A stretch of 64,000 nt of DNA. It comes from Candidatus Bathyarchaeia archaeon. Its GTDB lineage: Archaea > Thermoproteota > Bathyarchaeia > Bathyarchaeales > Bathycorpusculaceae. Within the stretch, counting starts at the first letter, position 1. Each line of letters opens with the position of its first letter. The notes under the pieces were generated by a model. That model saw only the letters and a list, made by a program, of their open reading frames with translations. It was not told where the DNA came from and searched no databases. Shown here one piece after another: positions 57,494-64,000 of the stretch. Made by a program: the position numbers and the translations under genes. The stretch lies in the NCBI GenBank assembly GCA_050012255.1, contig JBEKHN010000001.1, positions 64,001-128,000 on the forward strand, given 5' to 3'.

Positions 57494-57993
57494 GAACCCT
57501 TCTTCAGCAACTTGTCGAAATGGGTCTTTTTGAGAATCTTCTGCACGGCTTTAACATCAACCGCCGGTTCTTTGCACAAACCATACTTCTCCCTTTGAAT
57601 CACGGCCATCCTGCCTGCAGTCACGACTCGCCCGTTGTCATACAGACTTTGAGCTTGGACAAGTATGCCCTCAGGAATGTTTCCCTGTTTTGCAGTCAAG
57701 TTTCTTATTGCAAACATGGCCTCTCCCACGTCTCCGCCTTGTGGACACCTGTCAAGGCAGGTGAAACATGATAGACAGTACCATGGTAACTGTCCGTCGA
57801 GCACGTCGGAACGCAACCCTAGTATGATCATTTCCATCAGCTTCCGAGGGTTATGTTCTCGTACAACCTTGGAAACGGGACAACTGCTTGTACATCTTCC
57901 GCACTGTATACACGCAAGGACCCCTCGTCCCCTGGGCGTGTTGGCAACTTCATGCATGAAGTTGGCGTCCAAGTGACTCAATGAAATCACCAT
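57490..57993 (-). CDS. hdrC: Heterodisulfide reductase subunit C
   Basis: CIQCGRCTSSCP; WYCLSCFTCLDRCP. Confidence 0.9.
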   Translation of the reverse strand: MVISLSHLDANFMHEVANTPRGRGVLACIQCGRCTSSCPVSKVVREHNPRKLMEMIILGLRSDVLDGQLPWYCLSCFTCLDRCPQGGDVGEAMFAIRNLTAKQGNIPEGILVQAQSLYDNGRVVTAGRMAVIQREKYGLCKEPAVDVKAVQKILKKTHFDKLLKKGS

Positions 57994-58199
57994 TACGTTC
58001 TAGTTTGGACCGCATGCTAATAAGAGTATAGCTTTGGACTTAAACGTCCATATGAATCAAGAAAAGAGATGTTACACTCCTGTTTTTGATCGTTCCCGAA
58101 GCTGTTAGAACAATGTAGATTTCACGTGAGAAATGACATCAAATTAATAAGGGGGTTTACATATGGAAAGCTTTTGAATCCATTCAAGGATGAAAAATT

Positions 58200-61100
58200 A
58201 TGAACGGGAAAGTCGGCGCCGTTCTAGTCGTCGGCGGCGGAGTCGCCGGTATTCAAGCATCCTTGGATCTGGCGGATTCTGGTTTTAAGGTTTACCTTCT
58301 TGACGAGTCAACAAGCATCGGCGGAACGATGGCGCAGCTGGACAAAACGTTTCCAACTAACGATTGTTCCATGTGCATTTTGGCGCCGAAACTCGTTACC
58401 GCAGGCAGACATCCGAACATTCAACTCTTGACTTATTCTGAATTACAAGAGGTTAAGGGTAAAGCTGGGAATTTCGAAGTCACAATACTGAAGCATCCGC
58501 AATTTGTGAACGTTGAAAAGTGCACGGGCTGCGGCGTTTGTGCACAGAACTGCCCAACTGAGGTGCCGAACGAGTTTGACGTTGACATGGGCATAAGAAA
58601 AGCCATCTACGTTCCTTTTCCCCAAGCAGTGCCGCTGAAATACTGCATCGACCAGGATCACTGCATCAAATGTCGTCTCTGCGAAAGAGTGTGTCCGGCT
58701 AAGGCCGTGGACTTTGACCAGAAGCCTGAAACGCTCAAAATCAACGTTGGATCCATAATACTGGCGCCTGGGTTTGAAGAATTCGACCCCCGGCTGAAAA
58801 AAGAGTATGGTTACGGCCGTTTCTTGAACGTTGTTTCGAGCATAGAATTTGAGCGCATTCTGAGCGCTTCCGGCCCGTTCGGCGGAAAAATCGTGCGCCC
58901 ACTCGATGGGATGATACCCCGAAAGATTGCTTTTGTGCAATGTGTTGGCTCTCGTGACGCTCAGCTTGGAAACAACTACTGTTCTGCTGCATGCTGCATG
59001 TACGGCATCAAAGAAGCCGTCATCGCCAAAGAGCACAGCGCCTTCCCCCTAGATTGTACAATCTTCTACATGGACATGCGTTGCTACGGAAAGGAGTTTG
59101 ACGCTTACTATAACCGAGCCCAGGGGGAATGGGGCGTTAACTTTGTCAGGTCAAGGGTGGCAAGCATCTCAGAGGACCCGTTGACTGGAAACCTGGTTCT
59201 GCACTACGTTGAGAATGAGGAACCTAAGAAAGAAGAGTTTGACATGGTGGTCCTTTCAGTTGGAATGCGGCCTCCTAAGACTGCTCAAAAGCTCGCTGAA
59301 ATCCTAGAGATAAAGCTTAACAAGTACGGCTTCTGCGAGACAACGACCTTCGAGCCTATGGGAACGTCGAGGTCAGGCGTGTTTGTCTGCGGAGCCTTTT
59401 CGGCACCAAAGGACATTCCTGAAAGCGTTGCCCAATCAAGCGGTGCAGCATCAAAGGCCATGGGCATAATCGCAAGCGAAAGAGGAAAGTTGATAACTGC
59501 GAAAGTATACCCGCCTGAAAGAGACGTAAGCAAAGAACAAGCACGAATAGGAGTTTTCATTTGCCACTGCGGCATAAACATCGGCGGCGTAGTGAACGTC
59601 CCCAGAGTTGTGGATTATGCCAAGACCTTGCCCAACGTGGTTTACGCAGAAGCAAACGTCTACACGTGTTCTCAAGATACGCAGAAGTTGATGAGGGAGA
59701 AAATTCAGGAGCACAAGCTAAACCGTGTTGTCGTCGCCTCGTGTACTCCACGCACGCACGAACCCCTGTTCAAAGAAACAGTCCAAGAGGCGGGGCTGAA
59801 CCCATACCTCTTTGAGATGACTAACATTCGGGACCAGTGTAGTTGGGTGCACATGCATGAGCCTGAGAAGGCAACTCAGAAAGCCAAGGATTTGGTCAGG
59901 TCGATAGTTGCGAAGGCGGCCCTTCTGAAGCCGCTGGAGAAGCCGAAGATAAACGTTACACAAGTCGGCCTGGTCATAGGCGGCGGCGTTGCAGGCATGA
60001 CTGTGGCCTCTGAACTCGCCAACCAAGGGTTCGATGTTCATCTTGTTGAACGGGAAAAAGAGTTAGGTGGACATTTACGCACAATTCACTACCTGCTTGA
60101 ACCGGATGAAAAGCCGAATGAAAAGCTGGACAGCTTGATCAAGGCGGTCAGACAGAACGAGAAGATACACGTTTACACCGACGCAGAAGTAACTGATATC
60201 ACAGGGTTCGTTGGCAACTATAAGGCAAAAATCAAGCCGCACAAAGGCAAAGAGAAAGAAATCGACCTTGGCGTCGTAATAATAGCCACAGGCGCAACCG
60301 AGTACCTGCCAACAGAGTACCTTTACGGTCAAGACCCGAGAATCCTTACACAACACGAGCTGGAGGAAAAGCTAGCAGACGGCACATTCAAGGCCAATAA
60401 CGTTGTCATGATTCAATGTGTCGGAGCTCGAACCAAGGAACGACCAAACTGTGCAAGAATATGCTGCGGGCAGGCAATAAAGAACGCCTTGAAAATCAAG
60501 GAAGCATGTCCTGACACAGAGGTCCTAGTCCTGTACAAAGACGTCCGCGCGTACGGGTTCAAAGAGGACTACTATCGTGAAGCCTCAACGAAGGGCGTCT
60601 TGTTCGTCAATTATGAAGACGAACGGAAACCAAGAGTGGTAAATGAGAACGGCAAGCTCAAGGTGACCTTCTGGGAGCCTGTACTCAGGGAAGAAGTGAC
60701 AGTCGAACCGGACGTGGTGGTCTTGAGCGCAGCGACTATTCCGAACATTGACAATAAGCGTGTAGCCGAAATGCTGAAAGTACCTCTCACAAAGGACGGG
60801 TTCTTCTTGGAAGCCCACATGAAGCTCAGGCCTGTCGACTTTGCCACAGAAGGTGTCTTCCTCTGCGGAATGGCTCACTCACCGAAGTACATTGATGAAA
60901 GCATAGCCCAAGCATGCGCGGCTGCCGCAAGGGCAACAACCATACTGTCCAAGAAAACGCTCGAGACAGAAGGAATCATCGCAAAGGTCAACGAAGACCT
61001 CTGCAGCGGATGCAAAGTTTGTGAACACCTGTGCCCATACAGCGCCGTTGAGATGAAGGACAAGAATGGAAAGCCAATTGCGCATGTGATCGAAGCCATG

Positions 61101-61220
61101 TGCAAGGGCTGCGGCGCATGTGGAACAGCATGCCCGACCAAAGCAATTTCATTAGGACACTTCACTACGGAAGAGATACTTGCCCAGGTCAAAGCTGCCC
61201 TGGTGGAGGTGTGCCGATGA
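58200..61220 (+). CDS. hdrA: Large double-FAD-domain HdrA
   Basis: Two GGGVAG Rossmann motifs, LDKTFPTNDC, internal RIGVFICHCG, four ferredoxin motifs. Confidence 0.92.
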   Translation: MNGKVGAVLVVGGGVAGIQASLDLADSGFKVYLLDESTSIGGTMAQLDKTFPTNDCSMCILAPKLVTAGRHPNIQLLTYSELQEVKGKAGNFEVTILKHPQFVNVEKCTGCGVCAQNCPTEVPNEFDVDMGIRKAIYVPFPQAVPLKYCIDQDHCIKCRLCERVCPAKAVDFDQKPETLKINVGSIILAPGFEEFDPRLKKEYGYGRFLNVVSSIEFERILSASGPFGGKIVRPLDGMIPRKIAFVQCVGSRDAQLGNNYCSAACCMYGIKEAVIAKEHSAFPLDCTIFYMDMRCYGKEFDAYYNRAQGEWGVNFVRSRVASISEDPLTGNLVLHYVENEEPKKEEFDMVVLSVGMRPPKTAQKLAEILEIKLNKYGFCETTTFEPMGTSRSGVFVCGAFSAPKDIPESVAQSSGAASKAMGIIASERGKLITAKVYPPERDVSKEQARIGVFICHCGINIGGVVNVPRVVDYAKTLPNVVYAEANVYTCSQDTQKLMREKIQEHKLNRVVVASCTPRTHEPLFKETVQEAGLNPYLFEMTNIRDQCSWVHMHEPEKATQKAKDLVRSIVAKAALLKPLEKPKINVTQVGLVIGGGVAGMTVASELANQGFDVHLVEREKELGGHLRTIHYLLEPDEKPNEKLDSLIKAVRQNEKIHVYTDAEVTDITGFVGNYKAKIKPHKGKEKEIDLGVVIIATGATEYLPTEYLYGQDPRILTQHELEEKLADGTFKANNVVMIQCVGARTKERPNCARICCGQAIKNALKIKEACPDTEVLVLYKDVRAYGFKEDYYREASTKGVLFVNYEDERKPRVVNENGKLKVTFWEPVLREEVTVEPDVVVLSAATIPNIDNKRVAEMLKVPLTKDGFFLEAHMKLRPVDFATEGVFLCGMAHSPKYIDESIAQACAAAARATTILSKKTLETEGIIAKVNEDLCSGCKVCEHLCPYSAVEMKDKNGKPIAHVIEAMCKGCGACGTACPTKAISLGHFTTEEILAQVKAALVEVCR

Positions 61221-61657
61221 GCGACAAGGATGGGTTTGAACCGAAGATAATCGGGTTCCTGTGCAATTGGTGCAGTTATGCAGGCGCGGATCTGGCAGGA
61301 GTAAGCAGAATTCAGTATCCAACAAACATCAGGATCATACGCGTCATGTGCAGCGGCAGAATCGACCCAGCTTTCATTTTTGAGGCCTTCAAGGATGGCG
61401 CAGACGGAGTGCTCGTCGCTGGCTGCCATCTACCGTCCGACTGCCACTACATAAGTGGAAACTTTAAGGCTTTGAGAAGAATAACTCTGCTAAAGAACAC
61501 TTTGAAAGAACTCGGAATCGAACCTGAACGCGTGAGGCTCGAGTGGGTCTCAGCAAGTGAAGGAGACAAGTTTGCCACGATCGTACGCGACATGGTGGAA
61601 GACTTGAAGAAGATCGGGCCGAACCCCGTGAAAAACATGGAGGCTGAACCGAAATGA
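61217..61657 (+). CDS. mvhD: Hydrogenase delta subunit MvhD
   Basis: CNWCSYAGADLAG, RVMCSGR, GCHLPSDCHY; ATG 61217 overlaps the hdrA stop. Confidence 0.95.
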   Translation: MSDKDGFEPKIIGFLCNWCSYAGADLAGVSRIQYPTNIRIIRVMCSGRIDPAFIFEAFKDGADGVLVAGCHLPSDCHYISGNFKALRRITLLKNTLKELGIEPERVRLEWVSASEGDKFATIVRDMVEDLKKIGPNPVKNMEAEPK

Positions 61658-62184
61658 CCGAACAAGAACACAAGCAGAAACCAATTCAAGCCTCCGAAAT
61701 CGACCCCAAATTCAAGTATGAAATTGCAAAGATGCACGGCGGGGAAAAACTGATGCGCTGCTTCCAGTGTGGAACATGCACGTCAGACTGCCCAGTTGCA
61801 AGGTTCAGCGAAACTTACCGTCCAAGACAGATCATCCGCATGGCACACCTGGGACTCAAGGACCGAGTGCTGAAGAGCGATACGATATGGCTGTGCGCTG
61901 CATGCTTCACATGCACAGACAGATGTCCACAGGACGTTGAAGTCGCGAGCGTCATACGCGTGCTGAGAAACATAGCGGCTGAACAAGGCTTTGCGCCACA
62001 AGTGTTCAAAGAGGAAGCCGCAAGCGTACTTGAATCAGGCTACGCTTACAGGATTCCAGAACTGAGATTGAAGAAGCGACAATCACTGGGACTGCCTCCA
62101 CTGCCGAAAGGCAACCCCGAGAGCATACGCAAAACGCTCCACGACGTGAACCTCATGAAGTGTATTGAGAAGAAGAGTGACTAG
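61654..62184 (+). CDS. hdrC: Heterodisulfide reductase subunit C
   Basis: CFQCGTCTSDCP; WLCAACFTCTDRCP. Confidence 0.92.
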   Translation: MTEQEHKQKPIQASEIDPKFKYEIAKMHGGEKLMRCFQCGTCTSDCPVARFSETYRPRQIIRMAHLGLKDRVLKSDTIWLCAACFTCTDRCPQDVEVASVIRVLRNIAAEQGFAPQVFKEEAASVLESGYAYRIPELRLKKRQSLGLPPLPKGNPESIRKTLHDVNLMKCIEKKSD

Positions 62185-62185
62185 A

Positions 62186-63082
62186 ATGGCCGAGCTCAAG
62201 TACCTCATGTTTCTCGGGTGTGCAATTCCCTACCGTGTTTCAGCTTACGAAATCTCAGCTCGCAAAGTCCTGCAAAAACTAGGGGTAGAGCTTGTTGAAA
62301 TGCCTGAGTTCAACTGTTGCGGCTTACCGCTAGACCCCGTAAGCCACGAGACGATGCTCGTACTGGCAGCCAGAAACCTAGCCATAGCTGAGCAAAAGGG
62401 CCTGAACATAATGGCCCTGTGCCCTGGCTGCGCCGGAACGCTCAAGAAAGTCAGCAAGATGCTGAAGGAAGACAGGGCTCTTCGCGAAGAGATCAACAAG
62501 CACCTGAAAGAAGCTGGGTTGGAGTTTAAGGGAACCGTAAACGCGAAGCACATAATGCAGGTGCTGATCGAAGATGTCGGCTTGGATAAGATAAAGAAGG
62601 CTGTTGTTAAACCGCTGACGATGATCAAAGTTGCTGAACACAACGGTTGCCACATCTTGAGACCCAAGGAGTACATCGGTTTCGATGACCCTGAGGACCC
62701 GCAGACCCTCAAAAGTCTCATTGAAGCGACGGGCGCGACGTGTCTAGACTACTTGGACGAAACGGAATGCTGCGGCGCCCCAAGCGTGGGTGTGAACGAC
62801 AAGGTTGCGTTGCAGCTTGCCAGGGACAAACTCAATCACATCAAGAAGGTTGAAGCCCAGGCCCTGATAACCATCTGCCCGTTCTGCCACATAATGTACG
62901 ACACAAACGAGCTTCGCATCGAGAAAATGTTTAACGAGGTCTACGGCATCCCTGTGCTGCACTATCCACAGTTGCTTGGTTTGGCGATGGGATTGTCACC
63001 TGAGGAACTGGCGTTTAACGAGCTTCGAGTTGACTGCTCAAAGATATTAGGACAAGTCTGTGAGGTAAAGGCATATGCCTAA
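62186..63082 (+). CDS. hdrB: Heterodisulfide reductase subunit B
   Basis: FLGC, CCG, CPGC, GCH, CCG, CPFC. Confidence 0.92.
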   Translation: MAELKYLMFLGCAIPYRVSAYEISARKVLQKLGVELVEMPEFNCCGLPLDPVSHETMLVLAARNLAIAEQKGLNIMALCPGCAGTLKKVSKMLKEDRALREEINKHLKEAGLEFKGTVNAKHIMQVLIEDVGLDKIKKAVVKPLTMIKVAEHNGCHILRPKEYIGFDDPEDPQTLKSLIEATGATCLDYLDETECCGAPSVGVNDKVALQLARDKLNHIKKVEAQALITICPFCHIMYDTNELRIEKMFNEVYGIPVLHYPQLLGLAMGLSPEELAFNELRVDCSKILGQVCEVKAYA

Positions 63083-64000
63083 AGAAAAACTGAAAATAGG
63101 TCTCTACTGGGCTGCGAGCTGCGGGGGATGCGAAATCGCAGTCTTGGACATGAACGAGAAGATTCTAGACGTAGTGAACATTGCAGACATAGTCTTCTGG
63201 CCAGTGGCTATGGACGTCAAATACAAAGACGTCGAAGCTATGCCTGACAAGTACATCGACGTCTGCTTCTTCAACGGTTCAGTGAGGAGCGCAGAGCAAG
63301 AACACATGGCTAAGCTTTTGAGACAAAAATCCAAGACGCTCGTGGCCTTCGGCTCATGTGCCCAAGAGGGATGCGTGCCTGGTCTTGCCAACCTTCACGA
63401 TCGAAAAGAGATTTTCAGCAAAGTGTATCTAGAAAGCAAGTCGATCTCAAACCCCAAAGGAGTAGTCCCCAAAACAAGGTCCGAAGTGAAAGAAGGCGTG
63501 CTGAAGCTTCCGGAGTTTTATGACACGGTCAAAACTCTGGATCAAACCGTAGATGTCGACTATTACTTGCCCGGATGTCCGCCTCCAGTCAAACTCATAG
63601 TGAACGCTGTGGAAGCCATAGCCAAAAATGAGTTACCACCAAAGGGCTCCGTGCTTGCCCCCCTAAAGTCTGTGTGCGACGAGTGTCCGAGGAAGAAAGA
63701 AAACAAGAAGATATCCAAGATATACCGAGTCCATGAAAAAGCTCCTGAGCCCGAACGATGCTTGCTTGAGCAAGGGATCATATGCATGGGCCCAGCGACT
63801 CGCAGTGGATGCGGAGCACAATGCCTGACGGTTGACATGCCGTGCACAGGATGCGGCGGACCGTGTCCTAACGCGCCAGAGCAGGGGTCAGCCATGCTAG
63901 GTGCGTTGGCCTCCATAATGGGTCTGGAAGGCGAACAGGAACACTACGCCACGGAAGAGGAAGTTGAGAAGCTTATGGGCCAGATCAAAGACCCTGTGGG
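63075..64000 (+). CDS. mvhG: [NiFe]-hydrogenase small subunit MvhG (3'-truncated by the window edge)
   Basis: Manual translation MPKEKLKIGLYWAASCGGCEIAVLD...FGSCA..G..PG...LPGCPP...VCDEC...CLLEQG..CMGPATRSGCGA.C...PCTGC.GP. Confidence 0.9.
   Translation, partial: MPKEKLKIGLYWAASCGGCEIAVLDMNEKILDVVNIADIVFWPVAMDVKYKDVEAMPDKYIDVCFFNGSVRSAEQEHMAKLLRQKSKTLVAFGSCAQEGCVPGLANLHDRKEIFSKVYLESKSISNPKGVVPKTRSEVKEGVLKLPEFYDTVKTLDQTVDVDYYLPGCPPPVKLIVNAVEAIAKNELPPKGSVLAPLKSVCDECPRKKENKKISKIYRVHEKAPEPERCLLEQGIICMGPATRSGCGAQCLTVDMPCTGCGGPCPNAPEQGSAMLGALASIMGLEGEQEHYATEEEVEKLMGQIKDPV

Overview
Archaeal DNA, most likely Bathyarchaeia (inferred from gene content: SmAP3, archaeosine TGT, PAC2, cdhABCDE, several HdrABC-MvhD sets). 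From left to right: (1) an archaeal type IV pilin-like locus with a large LamG-containing adhesin and a prepilin peptidase, followed by glmM-glmU (1-10.5 kb); (2) housekeeping, RNA and protease genes (Lrp, SmAP3, PAC2, M28 peptidase, tgtA, PHP, beta-CASP nuclease, archaemetzincin, presenilin-like protease, ABC exporter, PQQ-propeller surface protein, TatD; 10.5-25 kb); (3) a Wood-Ljungdahl/acetyl-CoA block (ferredoxin-MvhD-like tandem protein, MetV-MetF fusion, cooT, cdhABCDE, two cooC, ACD-GNAT fusion; 25-42.6 kb); (4) a ~9.3-kb accessory island (43.36-52.70 kb); (5) two divergent Hdr/Mvh operons, one with a split and one with a fused double HdrA (52.7-64 kb). The island is the most unusual part. 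Almost every gene, gene fragment and breakpoint in it is delimited by short (CG)n palindromes. It also holds a 120-bp direct repeat, a family of tRNA-T-arm-like hairpins, a tRNA 3'-end (att-like) fragment and an 11-bp direct repeat at its edges. This points to an undescribed cassette-like recombination or deletion system, although no recombinase is visible in the window and assembly artefact is not excluded. All protein assignments come from motif recognition by eye; no database searches were run.
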